Shown: positions 8,991 through 19,254 of the stretch, in pieces
Position numbering within the stretch: the first letter of the stretch is position 1
How the letters are laid out: the number at the start of each line of letters is the position of its first letter
The notes under the pieces: model-generated
Told to the model about the DNA's origin: nothing
The model's database searches: none
What the model saw: only the letters and a program-made list of their open reading frames with translations
Translations under genes and position numbers: made by a program
Origin: Patescibacteria group bacterium
GTDB lineage: Bacteria > Patescibacteriota > JAHJAL01
Direction: 5' to 3'
Assembly: GCA_049322675.1 (NCBI GenBank)
Contig: JBMORM010000025.1
Coordinates: 64,520 to 128,519, forward strand
Length of the DNA: 64,000 nt

Positions 8991-9192
8991 TTTTAAACAA
9001 AATACCAATTTATAATTTTTCCCTCACGGGACTTAAGCTGCTGCTGGCAATTTTCAAATATATTTTGTTGGGATTCTTGGGAGATTGTTAATTTATATAA
9101 GGATAGAACATTGTTCTGTCTTTTTTAACGTTTGGAAACTGGAAATTTTTTGGAAACTGGAAATTGGAAATTGGAAATTGTATGATATTGGT

Positions 9193-10203
9193 ATGTTGAA
9201 AAAAAATAGATTATCAATATATTTCTGTTTATTCTCATTTGTTCTCAGTTTGTTCATGTTCGAAACGGTAAAAGCTGCCAATATAAATTTGGTTGGTGAT
9301 ATTGACGTGATCAAAGAAGGTGATGATTTTAGTTTGACTGATTACAAATTGGTATTGCGCAAGATTGGTCTTGATCAATTATGGCAAGGTGGTTTGAGTA
9401 GGGACGGAGAGAAGCTAAGTTTCAATTTGCCGATTGAAAATATCCAAAAAAATGACCAATTGGTATTGACTATTGAAGCCAAGGGAAGAAATGAAGTAGG
9501 TCGTGAGGCTGGGTATTTTGGAGGTAAGACAATTGTGGTGACATCTGATCAAGTTGAAAGGACAATGATCGATGATATTACTTTGGAAATGAGAATGATT
9601 CCGATACCCGAATATGAACAAACCGATGAAAAGACTATGAAAATTTGTTGGAAAGGGATGAGTGATTTCTCAGTGGTTGGCTATGAAGTTTATCGTTCGG
9701 ATGAAAAATCTGGTGATAGTTGGCAGTCGGTTGGCAGGTCAGGACAAAATGCAAACAAACAGGTTTGTTTTTTGGATAGTGAATTGACTGATGAGATTAT
9801 ATATTATCGTTTGGGGATATTAACCAGTTGGAATGCTGGAGAAAATAAAGAAGTGTTTGTTTCCAATATTTTGTCAGAAGTGAGTGATGGTTTGAGATTT
9901 GGAAGTGGCGTGGAAGATAAATTGATTAGAGAAGCTAGTATATTGAAAGAGACAGAAGATGACCAGACTCAAAGTGTCGTTAGTGCAAGCGAGAGCGATA
10001 GTGGGATGGTGAAGTATTGGACGTTTGCAGACAATTGGATCAACGTATTGTTTTCGAAATTGAAGGATAACAATATTTCAATTCAATTAACAATATTGTT
10101 GGTTTTGGCGGTGATTTTGTTGGCGGTAATTTTTTATTTTGTTTTGTCGGTTTGGTTTAGCAATGTGACTTCAAATGGCAGTAATGTTTGGAGAGAGAAG
10201 TAG
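9193..10203 (+). CDS. Hypothetical type-I membrane protein with an FN3-like extracellular domain (signal peptide plus C-terminal TM anchor)
   Basis: The N-terminus MLKKNRLSIYFCLFSFVLSLFMFETVKA is a signal peptide. The C-terminal TM helix is ILLVLAVILLAVIFYFVLSVWF. The ORF track starts at 9085, which reads through the heptamer repeat, so the start is likely at 9193. Confidence 0.5.
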   Translation: MLKKNRLSIYFCLFSFVLSLFMFETVKAANINLVGDIDVIKEGDDFSLTDYKLVLRKIGLDQLWQGGLSRDGEKLSFNLPIENIQKNDQLVLTIEAKGRNEVGREAGYFGGKTIVVTSDQVERTMIDDITLEMRMIPIPEYEQTDEKTMKICWKGMSDFSVVGYEVYRSDEKSGDSWQSVGRSGQNANKQVCFLDSELTDEIIYYRLGILTSWNAGENKEVFVSNILSEVSDGLRFGSGVEDKLIREASILKETEDDQTQSVVSASESDSGMVKYWTFADNWINVLFSKLKDNNISIQLTILLVLAVILLAVIFYFVLSVWFSNVTSNGSNVWREK

Positions 10204-10336
10204 AAAAGATAAGTTGTAAGTTGCAAGTAACAAGCAGCAAGTGGAGGGAAAATACAATTCAATAAAATAACTTGAAACTTGGTACTTGATACTTAATCCT
10301 TGTAGTGGATATAATTTAAATTAATAAATATAAAAT

Positions 10337-12553
10337 TTGAAGATGAAAAAAGAGGGTTGGAAATTGGGTCTGGCACTAGTGGCGGTAGCTGCTTTGTTTG
10401 TTGCTGGATCTATTATAGTGCGTCCTTTTCCTTGGTTAAAAGCCAATGAATATAATATTATTGGAAGTTTGAAGGTTGCGGGTAAAGATTTTGTTTTTTC
10501 TGGTGATAATCCGTTGGTAATCGACAATGTCAGAGTGATCAAGGGTTATGCTTTGGCAAATGATGGTAGTAAGATTTATTTTGATGGTCAGGGTGGGGCG
10601 GAGATGGAAATTGATCAAATTGGATTTTTACATGGAAGGTTGTATTCATCCGATTTAGGCGTTGTGGATATTGGTTTGAATAGCAATAGAATTGCCAAGA
10701 TTGATTTAGCTGGTAATTTATCAGCGGATTTTTTGTTGGACAATGGTCAAAATGTTCTTTTGTCTGGTAAAACTTCTTGGCGTCCTTATGAATTAAATAA
10801 GGTTTCTGTGCCTGAAAAGTTGGATTTGGGAGTAAACTCTACTGTTAGGATTGATCCTGTTGTTTTGGGTTTGGCGGGAAGAGATTTGTATGATGTTCAG
10901 ACAAAGTGGTCGAGTGGTGACGAGAATATTTCGGTGGATGAGTACGGATATGTTACCGCAAAAAAGCCTGGAGTATATGAAGGAGCGGTGATTTTTCAAG
11001 TGGGAGAAACAAAAAAGGCGATTACTTTGGCGGCTACTCAAGGGATAGATAAAATATCTCTAAAGCCAGCGGTAGTTCTTGCTCCGTCGGGTCCTCAAAA
11101 TTTTGATTTGACTTTTGACCCTTCTAGCAAAGGTGATGAGATAAGGGGAGCAACTGGAATAACTGTAACAGGAACATTTGTAAATTCGGCTAACAAAAGA
11201 GTAACATGCGGTGACTATGATAGAAATTTTAATCAGTTGAAAAATTGTATTTTTGCTCAGGCTGAGGACGCTGGAGTGTGGAATTTGGAGTTTGTTATTG
11301 ACGAAGGTGGTCAGCAGGGAAAGTACGTTTTTCCGAGTGTATTGACGGTAATCAAAAAAGATAGCGCGTTAAATATGTCTTTATTGGCCAATGTTTACAA
11401 TGGTAAAAATACTGTTGCCGAAGCAGATATCAATCCGGAAAATATTATTAAGTTGGAACCGGAGTCAGCAGGAGGTCCATGGTATAAGTATTTGCGTTAT
11501 AAAGCTATTATCAATTGGCCCGGTTATTTGTTGCCTAAGGATGCGCAAAAGGGAAAAATTAATTCGGGTGTTTTAAATATTTCTTTTAAAGGACAAGGAG
11601 TGAGTGTTTCTGGTGCTGATTCATGTAATGTTTCAGATGGTATTCCTTCGTCTTTTTCGGTGACAGTTGGTAGTCAAGATATTGCTACTGACAGTTTGGC
11701 GATTGATATTCCTGAGTCGGTGTCTGATGCAGTAGAGATGAATGCTTTATTGGTACAGGGTTGTGATTTTGTTGCTATGTTGGATGCCGATTTCAATGTG
11801 GTTTTGCCTGATGGGACAGTAATGAGTGGGATAAAAGGTGGGGCCGAAGTGAGGACAGCGGTAGCCGGTCGTAAAAGGGTGTCGATAACCGGGGATGTGT
11901 TGGTAGAGCAGGGTGATTTGCAGATTAAACGATTGGACGAAGATCAAAATTTATATTTGCTGGTTGCAAGTGAAGATGTAAAAGCTAGTGGCGGCCAGGG
12001 GACTGCGGGTAGTGTTTCAGATTATCAATTGGGAGAGGATTCAACTTATAATAAAATGATTAGTACTTTGAGAGATAAGGTAAATAAGTTGGTGATTGAA
12101 AGAGGGGTGCAGCCCCCTTTTGATCCGTCTTCGACTGGCTCGGTTGGAGTTTTGCAGAGTTTTAATCTTGAACAAAAACAAAAAAATCCGGAAGGGCGGA
12201 TTTTGGTAGCCAATTCGGCAGGCGGTGAGGTAAGGCTAAATAATTTCGATGTTGGTGGTTTACAAATATGTGCTCCGACTACCTTAGTAGTATATGGTCG
12301 GGACGTAGTAATTGAGGATGATATTATTATGAATACTGGTGGAAATAGCACTTGTGTGGAAAGGGGGAATTTTGGCTTGATTGTGTTTGATGGAAATATT
12401 AGTTTTGCTGGAGATAGTGGTCCCAACGGGGCAGTAGAGAAAGTGGAAGGTTTTTACTTTACAACCGGTACGATTTCTACAGGGGCCAGTCACAAGAAGT
12501 TTTCATTGCAAGGTGTTGCTTTTGCTCATGATTATATTTTGGAAAGATTTTAG
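10337..12553 (+). CDS. Large secreted or surface protein (738 aa) with Ig-like (Big_2-type) domain(s)
   Basis: The signal peptide is MKMKKEGWKLGLALVAVAALFVAGS. A Big_2-like segment reads KWSSGDENISVDEYGYVTAKKPGVYEGAVIFQV. The protein is Gly/Ser/Asp-rich. Confidence 0.55.
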   Translation: MKMKKEGWKLGLALVAVAALFVAGSIIVRPFPWLKANEYNIIGSLKVAGKDFVFSGDNPLVIDNVRVIKGYALANDGSKIYFDGQGGAEMEIDQIGFLHGRLYSSDLGVVDIGLNSNRIAKIDLAGNLSADFLLDNGQNVLLSGKTSWRPYELNKVSVPEKLDLGVNSTVRIDPVVLGLAGRDLYDVQTKWSSGDENISVDEYGYVTAKKPGVYEGAVIFQVGETKKAITLAATQGIDKISLKPAVVLAPSGPQNFDLTFDPSSKGDEIRGATGITVTGTFVNSANKRVTCGDYDRNFNQLKNCIFAQAEDAGVWNLEFVIDEGGQQGKYVFPSVLTVIKKDSALNMSLLANVYNGKNTVAEADINPENIIKLEPESAGGPWYKYLRYKAIINWPGYLLPKDAQKGKINSGVLNISFKGQGVSVSGADSCNVSDGIPSSFSVTVGSQDIATDSLAIDIPESVSDAVEMNALLVQGCDFVAMLDADFNVVLPDGTVMSGIKGGAEVRTAVAGRKRVSITGDVLVEQGDLQIKRLDEDQNLYLLVASEDVKASGGQGTAGSVSDYQLGEDSTYNKMISTLRDKVNKLVIERGVQPPFDPSSTGSVGVLQSFNLEQKQKNPEGRILVANSAGGEVRLNNFDVGGLQICAPTTLVVYGRDVVIEDDIIMNTGGNSTCVERGNFGLIVFDGNISFAGDSGPNGAVEKVEGFYFTTGTISTGASHKKFSLQGVAFAHDYILERF

Positions 12554-12601
12554 TTTTATTGGAATCAGTATTTCTTTGAAGTTTGGTTAAAAAGGAAAAA
12601 T

Positions 12602-13261
12602 ATGTCAGTAAAAAACAGCGAACTATTTGTAAGGATGGGGAAGTTGTTTTTGGTGGTGACGATGTTGTGTGTCGCTTTTGTAGTGACCTATTTTCTTATT
12701 ATGATGTCTTCTGGCAAGTATTTGCATTTTTCTGATTCACAGAAGTTGGAGGTGGAAAAAGAATATGAAGCTGTGACAGTTATGGCTAAAATATTTAGTG
12801 TGGATGAAAATAATTTAGTATTGCTTGAAGAAGGTACCGGGCGTTCGCTCAGTTTGGTACTTTCAAGTGCGAGCAAAATTGAAAAATATAATTCTGTAAA
12901 TAGAACGATTGATGTTTTAAATATATCCTCATTGATTTCCGGGTTACCAGTGATGGCGACTTTTAATCATACTAGCAAATTGATAGAAAAAATCACGATA
13001 TTGCCGGCGACTGTTTCCGGTAGAGTTTTGAGAAATGTTGCTGGGGTTGTGACGATAGATAATCTTTCGCAAGATAATTCGATTAGAACCGATATTAATA
13101 CTCTGGTCAGCAAGCAGGATGGCTTGGGTTCGATTGAGAGCGATTTGACTATTGCCGATGTAGTCATTGATGATAGAGTTTTGATTACTTTATCTGATAG
13201 TGGAGATAGGTTGGCATCCGAGATTAGTATTTTGTCGATTTCGGCGGAGGAACCTATATGA
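12602..13261 (+). CDS. Cassette A protein 1: N-terminally anchored single-pass membrane protein (paralogue of 18560-19234)
   Basis: ELFVRMGKLFLVVTMLCVAFVVTYF aligns with ELFARLGRLFLILVALCLAVILIYF in the paralogue. A shared ITILPA..SG.V.N.AGV.T motif is present. Confidence 0.5.
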   Translation: MSVKNSELFVRMGKLFLVVTMLCVAFVVTYFLIMMSSGKYLHFSDSQKLEVEKEYEAVTVMAKIFSVDENNLVLLEEGTGRSLSLVLSSASKIEKYNSVNRTIDVLNISSLISGLPVMATFNHTSKLIEKITILPATVSGRVLRNVAGVVTIDNLSQDNSIRTDINTLVSKQDGLGSIESDLTIADVVIDDRVLITLSDSGDRLASEISILSISAEEPI

Positions 13262-14109
13262 AATCGTTGCAGACAGAAAAACAAGTAGCGAAAAAATCTG
13301 TTTTATACAAGTATGTGATAATTGTTTTTATTGTGTTGGTTTTGTTTGTAATATTTATGATGATATTTTTTCGGATGTTTTCTGGTCGAGTTCCAGAATC
13401 TAGTACCGGTGATGATTTGCGTGATATTTCGGTTGTGAAAAATGAAGGTATAGATATTGTTCCAAATTTTTTGCCGGCAAAAGGTAGGTTAATTGAATTG
13501 ACCAACGCTGAAGCGACGATTCAAGATAGAATAACGGAAAAGATGGAAAAGGTGATTTTTTCTGATCTGACTACTTATTATTTTTGGGATCAAACAAATT
13601 TTGGTTATCAGCAAGGGACGCAGGAAAATTTGCACTTGGGGGATAATTTATCTTTGACCTACGCATCAAATGAAAAAAACAACGAGGAGGTATCTGTGGT
13701 TATGATTACCCCTCCATATTTTGAGTCGGGTTATGTGGAACAGATCGAAGGGAATAAGATTATCTTGGTTGACAATAAAGGTAAAAAATTTAATTTAAAT
13801 AATTGCGAGTTGGCTGTTGTGGAAAAGAGTGATGGAGTAGGACAAAAAATGAGAGCAACTTTCGATGAGATTAAAATTGGAGATTTGGTGACAGTTTATT
13901 CTTCATATGGTGTTCAGTATGATGATGCAACCTTTGAACCATCTTATCTTCAATTTATTTCTAAACAGAGCGATTTCTTGGATTTGTCTGAAATATCAAA
14001 TCAGCCGCTTGAATTTGAAGTTGAAAATCAAAATTTGGTAAACAGTGAAAATCTTCCGGCCGGGATAAATCCGACGGGGGTGGTGCCGGGGGTAGAGATT
14101 GGAAGTTGA
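13258..14109 (+). CDS. Cassette A protein 2: N-terminally anchored membrane protein (paralogue of 19255-20142)
   Basis: The N-terminal TM helix is YKYVIIVFIVLVLFVIFMMIFF. The C-terminus NLPAGINPTGVVPGVEIGS aligns with GINPSGTLPGVQIGE in the paralogue. A 4-nt ATGA overlap with the upstream gene suggests translational coupling. Confidence 0.5.
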   Translation: MKSLQTEKQVAKKSVLYKYVIIVFIVLVLFVIFMMIFFRMFSGRVPESSTGDDLRDISVVKNEGIDIVPNFLPAKGRLIELTNAEATIQDRITEKMEKVIFSDLTTYYFWDQTNFGYQQGTQENLHLGDNLSLTYASNEKNNEEVSVVMITPPYFESGYVEQIEGNKIILVDNKGKKFNLNNCELAVVEKSDGVGQKMRATFDEIKIGDLVTVYSSYGVQYDDATFEPSYLQFISKQSDFLDLSEISNQPLEFEVENQNLVNSENLPAGINPTGVVPGVEIGS

Positions 14110-14137
14110 GATGTTTTTTAATTAAAAATAATTAAAT

Positions 14138-15451
14138 TTGTTGATGAAAAAAATTCTAATTACTTTATTTTTGTCTTTTTTGATGTTACCGCTAAATGTT
14201 TTGGCGCAAGATAATCTAGATATGCAGATTGATAAATCTCAGGTTGGTGTCGAGGACGGTTTATATATATATGATGTTAAGGTTGAAGATAAAAATGATA
14301 ATAATTTAGGTGTCACTTTTGTTTTAGATAACAAGGCTAAGGCAAAGTTGAATTTGCATTACAATTTGGCGTTGGTTAAGGCTGATGGAAGTGGCCCGAT
14401 TGTAAGGTATTTTTCCAAGAACGATAAAAAGATTTTTAGTGTATCTCCTTATGAAAAAATTACTGAGCATTTGGATTTTGATGTGCCGGATTTTTATCAA
14501 GGTAGTTATAGAGTAGTGGTGAGGATTGGCAGTGTTTCTGGTTTGTCTTATGTGGGTATTTCCGAAAATGAAGTTATTTTGAGTGGTGATGGAAAATATA
14601 TCGATTTGTCTGAATGTAGAGTTTTGGTTGATACAGAAAAGGATAAAGATTATGGTTTGCAGTTGGGATTGGTTTTAAATCGTGGCGAGCGAGGGTATAT
14701 AAATTGTTTGGCAAAAAATATTTCTGATAGCGATATTCAGGTGAAAAGCAGTCAGGATATTTTTTTGAGAGACGAATTTAGCGATTTGCAAGATACAATA
14801 ACTGAAGATAGTGTTGTTGCTTTTTCGCCGAGGCAAGAAAAAAATATCAGTTTTATTATTTTGGGAACGGACGGGTTGTCTCCTCAGGCTTATACCAATG
14901 TATTACGTTTAGTTTCTGATGGTAGGATATTGTCCAATGATATTTATTTTCATTATATTATTTCTGGATTATCAGGTAGTATAAACAAAGTGGTTCTGGA
15001 TAAAGATTATTATCAAATGGGGGATGTGGCTTTGTTGGAGTTAGGTATTACAGATAGGGCTGACATATACAATGGTTCTCGGTTTACAGGAAAAGAATCA
15101 GAAAAGGGCATGATTGAAATCGAGTTGTTAAATAAAAACAACGAAGTTTGTGTTAGAAATATTACTGATTTGGATCAGTTACAAATATTGGATAATAATT
15201 ACAACTTTTCTTTAAAAATTGTAAAAGAATGTATTGATCCTTATATAAAATTAAATTTGTCCGATAAAAGTGGCAACAGTTTAGATAAATTTGATGCTAA
15301 ACTTCTGAGTAAAAGTATTTCGAGCCAAAAAAATGAAGTAAAAATTCAAAATGAAAAATATGATGTTTCTTATTTTTGGTATGTTTTGATTTTTTTGATT
15401 GGATTTATATTTGTCATTGTTCTATTTTTATCGAAGAGGAAGAAAAGATGA
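14138..15451 (+). CDS. Cassette A protein 3: type-I membrane protein (signal peptide, C-terminal TM plus KRKKR tail)
   Basis: The signal peptide is MLMKKILITLFLSFLMLPLNVLAQD. The C-terminal TM helix and tail read YFWYVLIFLIGFIFVIVLFLSKRKKR. Confidence 0.5.
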   Translation: MLMKKILITLFLSFLMLPLNVLAQDNLDMQIDKSQVGVEDGLYIYDVKVEDKNDNNLGVTFVLDNKAKAKLNLHYNLALVKADGSGPIVRYFSKNDKKIFSVSPYEKITEHLDFDVPDFYQGSYRVVVRIGSVSGLSYVGISENEVILSGDGKYIDLSECRVLVDTEKDKDYGLQLGLVLNRGERGYINCLAKNISDSDIQVKSSQDIFLRDEFSDLQDTITEDSVVAFSPRQEKNISFIILGTDGLSPQAYTNVLRLVSDGRILSNDIYFHYIISGLSGSINKVVLDKDYYQMGDVALLELGITDRADIYNGSRFTGKESEKGMIEIELLNKNNEVCVRNITDLDQLQILDNNYNFSLKIVKECIDPYIKLNLSDKSGNSLDKFDAKLLSKSISSQKNEVKIQNEKYDVSYFWYVLIFLIGFIFVIVLFLSKRKKR

Positions 15452-18429
15452 AATATTTTTATTTGTCATCGATATTGTTGGCTATATTTTTGTTTAATGC
15501 CGATTTTGCGAAGGCAAATTCAGTTAATAGTCAGTTTCGATTTGAGTGTGATGAGCCTGATTGTCCAACTGGTTGCTATAATTCTGGTTGTGATAGTTGT
15601 GATACGAATTGCGGAAATTATCCTTGTATATGCATGGGTGGAGGGCCTAATACTAGTGGCTGTATTGGTTATTCTATTAATACCAGTAAGGATGAATATC
15701 GTCCGGGAGAAAATGTTTCGATATATTACTCAACTTATGATGGCGGGGGATGTAATAACTATGGTCCTGATTGGGAAGATGCGATTAGAGTGTATTTGAA
15801 TAATATTGATGTGGGAGGCTTGGTATATTTTCCTACTGGTTGGTGGAATTATGGTTTAGCTCCGGCATGTAGCGATCCCAACGGTTGTATTTATAATGTC
15901 TCAGTTGGTTTTAGGTCGTGTAATGGTCAATCGCCTCTAAGAAATGTTAATACTGTTTCTTTTAGAGTAAGACAGCCGAACGATTATGCTCCGGTTATAA
16001 ATAGTACTTCTCCGACTAATGGTGAGGTGAAGTGCACTAATCGTCTTCGGGTGGGAATATATGCCAATGATGGAGATGGGGCGACTCAGTTGAATTCCGA
16101 TTTTTATAATGGTGCTGGGACGAAAATTGGTGATGATGATCGTTGGGCAGGGCCTGGTTTGGAGTGGTTTTTGACCAATGATTTGAATTGGAATCCGGGA
16201 AGAAATGATTGGAGTGCGAGTATTTCCGATGGAAAATTTTCAACTTCAGTTAGTCGTTATTTCGTAGTGAATAGGAATCCTTCTTGTTCGTCAGTTTCTG
16301 GTCCGACCGGTGTTAAAAATCCTGGTAGTTATCAGTTTAATATGTCCACTAGTGACCAGGATGGAAATATTAATAATGCTAAGATCGTATTGAGTAATGG
16401 AGCAGAAATTGATCCGGGTGGTTATTATAGTGCTCCTGCAGGAAATTATTCCTATTATGGTCGAGTTAGAGATATTTGTACAACATCTACTTGTGCGGGA
16501 AGTAATTTTAGATTAAATGATGTGCCGTCGATAAGTGTATTCACGGCTACTCCGGGTTGCGATGTCAATAGTGGTGAGTATTATTCTTGGACTGTAAATA
16601 TCAGTGATCAAGACAATGTATCTTGGAGGTTGTATGAGAGTATAAATTCCGGAGCTTATACCCAAATCTATAGTTCGACACAAAAAAATAGGCAAGGCAC
16701 AAGATCGTTCGGTTTTGGTAATAAGAATATAAGATTGCGTTTGGATGTAGTTGATGATTATGGTGCTTCTGCGACAAGATCATATGGACCTTTTACTTTA
16801 AATTGTTCGCCCAAGTCTCCAACTGATTTGAGAGAGACGGTTAGTTGTCGTAATGTCAATTTGTCCGCTTGGGTAGAAGATCCTGATGGAGGTAATTTGA
16901 CGGTTACATTTAGTCCGAATGTAACATTTACTCCATCTGGGGGGAATGTTGTCAATGTTTCTAGTGGGAGGAGGGCGAGTGTAGATTTGGTATTACCCAT
17001 GAATTCCAATTTCACTTGGTCGGTTAGTGCAACTGATAATTTGTCTCCTTTGGTTCGGACTAATAGGGGTTTGTCGTTGTGGACCAATCGTACTCCTTTT
17101 GATAAACATTCCGATGGTATTACTTATGTCGGTGTTTTGAATCCGGTAGCAATTAATCTTGATTTGACTCAAAATCCAAATAGTTTGGTTATTAGTCCCA
17201 GGTTTGTGATTGATTATGATAAAACTGGGTTGGGAGCATTGAATATGGATGATTATAGTACTGAGAACGGTGATACATCTGATCCTTCGGCTTTGAATCA
17301 GGAAGTGAAGTCGAGGTTTTATCTTGATGTTTGGACTTTGGTCAATGGTAGTTGGGTTTGGTACAATGTTGGTTATAGTCCAAATCTTCTTGATCCTGCA
17401 GTAACATCGCTATCTTCGTCTAGCGCTCAATACTCACATAGAGAAAATTTCTCTGGTTTGTATGCTGGAGATTGGCAATATCGGGCAACTGATACTGATA
17501 AATGTGGAGCGGCGGTGACTAGTCCAAATTATTTATTTAGAGTAGCGCCACCAGTGCCAATCAATCTATCGGTCAATATGGGTACGGCTGGTTGTCCGAT
17601 TTGCGGGAATAGAAATACGGCAATCGTGTTGGATTGGGATGATGTGCCATATATTCAGTATGCTCAATCAACGTCAATTGGAGGAGGATATCGAGTTGAT
17701 TGGAGCAATGATGGAGGAACAACTTGGCGGCCGGTGACCAAATCTTTGCCTGATTCTACTGCTGGTTGGACAAGTGATAGCCGAATAGTATTGGTGACTG
17801 ATGTGTTAAATTTGTATGATTTGTCTACTTCAACTGTTAGAAATATTCGTTATCGTGTAGCTTCATACTCAAATGGTATAAGATCAAATTGGCTATATTC
17901 TGATATTGTGCCATACAATTGTGAGATACCTACCGGAGTGGCTGTCAATTCTGGAAATTCGATTGAATTGCGTGCCGATGAAAATTCTCAACCTGTCAAT
18001 GTTTTGTTGACATGTAGAAGATTCAATGATCCTTCGGGTGTGGTGTCCGGGACATCGACAATCAATCAAGTTGACCGGGCGAGAGCCGCCAATCCTAATA
18101 ATTCTTCTCCGACTATCAACTGGACTATTGTTAATTTAACCAATTGTTCGAGCGGGACGGAAATGGTAAATAATCCTGTTTCAGATGGAACGATCCCAAA
18201 AAATATTTTGCATGCTGGAACTAATACTACTCTCAGCCCATGCGATGGGTATTTGTGGGCCAAATTAACCAACTTTGGTTGGTCAGATGTGGGAATCAAC
18301 GAACTAAATGGTAATGTATATGTGGCGATAAATCCGCGAGCAACAGAAGAATTCAACTATTCCGGGGAAGTTATTTCCAATCCGCCGCCTGGTTTTGAAA
18401 AATTGGATTTACCGGGTGTGGAGAAATAA
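15448..18429 (+). CDS. Cassette A giant secreted Cys/Asn/Gly/Trp-rich surface protein (about 993 aa; paralogue of 21534-24458)
   Basis: The signal peptide MKYFYLSSILLAIFLFNADFAKA starts at 15448 (ATGA overlap with the upstream stop). The ORF track begins earlier, at 15376. The C-terminal roughly 290 aa are near-identical to the paralogue. That stretch includes GTAGCPICGNRNTAIVLDWDDVPYIQ. The shared terminal motif is INPRATEEFNYSGEVISNPPPGFEKLDLPG. Confidence 0.6.
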   Translation: MKYFYLSSILLAIFLFNADFAKANSVNSQFRFECDEPDCPTGCYNSGCDSCDTNCGNYPCICMGGGPNTSGCIGYSINTSKDEYRPGENVSIYYSTYDGGGCNNYGPDWEDAIRVYLNNIDVGGLVYFPTGWWNYGLAPACSDPNGCIYNVSVGFRSCNGQSPLRNVNTVSFRVRQPNDYAPVINSTSPTNGEVKCTNRLRVGIYANDGDGATQLNSDFYNGAGTKIGDDDRWAGPGLEWFLTNDLNWNPGRNDWSASISDGKFSTSVSRYFVVNRNPSCSSVSGPTGVKNPGSYQFNMSTSDQDGNINNAKIVLSNGAEIDPGGYYSAPAGNYSYYGRVRDICTTSTCAGSNFRLNDVPSISVFTATPGCDVNSGEYYSWTVNISDQDNVSWRLYESINSGAYTQIYSSTQKNRQGTRSFGFGNKNIRLRLDVVDDYGASATRSYGPFTLNCSPKSPTDLRETVSCRNVNLSAWVEDPDGGNLTVTFSPNVTFTPSGGNVVNVSSGRRASVDLVLPMNSNFTWSVSATDNLSPLVRTNRGLSLWTNRTPFDKHSDGITYVGVLNPVAINLDLTQNPNSLVISPRFVIDYDKTGLGALNMDDYSTENGDTSDPSALNQEVKSRFYLDVWTLVNGSWVWYNVGYSPNLLDPAVTSLSSSSAQYSHRENFSGLYAGDWQYRATDTDKCGAAVTSPNYLFRVAPPVPINLSVNMGTAGCPICGNRNTAIVLDWDDVPYIQYAQSTSIGGGYRVDWSNDGGTTWRPVTKSLPDSTAGWTSDSRIVLVTDVLNLYDLSTSTVRNIRYRVASYSNGIRSNWLYSDIVPYNCEIPTGVAVNSGNSIELRADENSQPVNVLLTCRRFNDPSGVVSGTSTINQVDRARAANPNNSSPTINWTIVNLTNCSSGTEMVNNPVSDGTIPKNILHAGTNTTLSPCDGYLWAKLTNFGWSDVGINELNGNVYVAINPRATEEFNYSGEVISNPPPGFEKLDLPGVEK

Positions 18430-18465
18430 ATTGTTGTTTGGCGATGTTGTTTATTTGAGGCGGGC

Positions 18466-18499
18466 TTTCAAGTCCGCCCGGATTTTTTTGTAAAATCTG
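18466..18499 (+). terminator. Rho-independent terminator (GC-rich hairpin plus T7)
   Basis: GGCGGGCTTTCAAGTCCGCCCGG is followed by ATTTTTTTG. It is the only GC-rich stretch after the giant gene. Confidence 0.7.
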
Positions 18500-18559
18500 A
18501 TCGATTATTATGTTAAAATTGTAATTAGTTTAAGGTTTTATATTAAGGAGTGGAAAAAT

Positions 18560-19234
18560 ATGCCTGGGAAAAATAATGGTGAGTTATTTGCACGGCTTGG
18601 AAGATTATTTTTAATATTGGTAGCTTTGTGTTTGGCAGTAATATTAATATATTTCGTTGTTTTGCTGGCGACAGGTCAGGTGACCAATCCACAAAAAAAT
18701 ATTAATGAAAAAGAGTCGGAAATATCTCAAGTTCAAGTTCCGATAAATATTTTGAGTGGAGAAATAAGAAAAATTGAAGATAAAAATATAGAGTTTTTTG
18801 ATATGCAAAAGAATCAATTGTTGCAGTTGACCGTTTTGGATTATGCCGTGATTGATAAATACAATCCAAGCACAAATATTAATAGCGAGTTGACCTTAGA
18901 AGAAATTCAACCTGTATCTTTGGGTAATCTGACTTTGGACGATCAAGGCCAAGTGTCTCATATTACTATTTTACCCGCGGTAAATATTTCGGGTGAAGTG
19001 ACAAATAATCAGGCCGGAGTTATCACCTTGAAGTCAAACAATTCTGATTACACAGTGCGGGTTAATGCAATGACAAAAATTAATAAACAAAAAACTGATG
19101 GTACTTTGGAAAATGACTTGACTGAGTCTGATATCCAAGTGGGTGAAGTAATTTCTGTTGTATCTGACAGCGATACAAAAGTTGGGTCCAAGTCATTTGT
19201 GGCGGGCTTGATTAGTATTTTATCCAGATCATAA
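18560..19234 (+). CDS. Cassette B protein 1: N-terminally anchored membrane protein (paralogue of 12602-13261)
   Basis: See the paralogue alignment under cassette A protein 1. The TM helix is LFLILVALCLAVILIYFVVLL. Confidence 0.5.
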   Translation: MPGKNNGELFARLGRLFLILVALCLAVILIYFVVLLATGQVTNPQKNINEKESEISQVQVPINILSGEIRKIEDKNIEFFDMQKNQLLQLTVLDYAVIDKYNPSTNINSELTLEEIQPVSLGNLTLDDQGQVSHITILPAVNISGEVTNNQAGVITLKSNNSDYTVRVNAMTKINKQKTDGTLENDLTESDIQVGEVISVVSDSDTKVGSKSFVAGLISILSRS

Positions 19235-19254
19235 TTTTTATTAAAAGTATTTTT

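Noticed and set aside
7688-9190. CRISPR array suggested by the highly repetitive ggaaattg/gaaaattg units
   Set aside because: The units are 7-nt heptamers in tandem and inverted arrangement with no constant 25-40 nt repeat and no unique spacers. The same architecture recurs at more than 20 scattered intergenic sites and no cas genes are present. This is an intergenic palindromic repeat family, not CRISPR.
18380-18429. LPXTG-like sortase signal in the terminal LDLPGVEK / LDLPGMQ
   Set aside because: No hydrophobic TM segment or basic tail follows. The protein ends 3 residues after the LPG, and no sortase gene is in the window. It is kept only as a conserved tail motif of unknown role.
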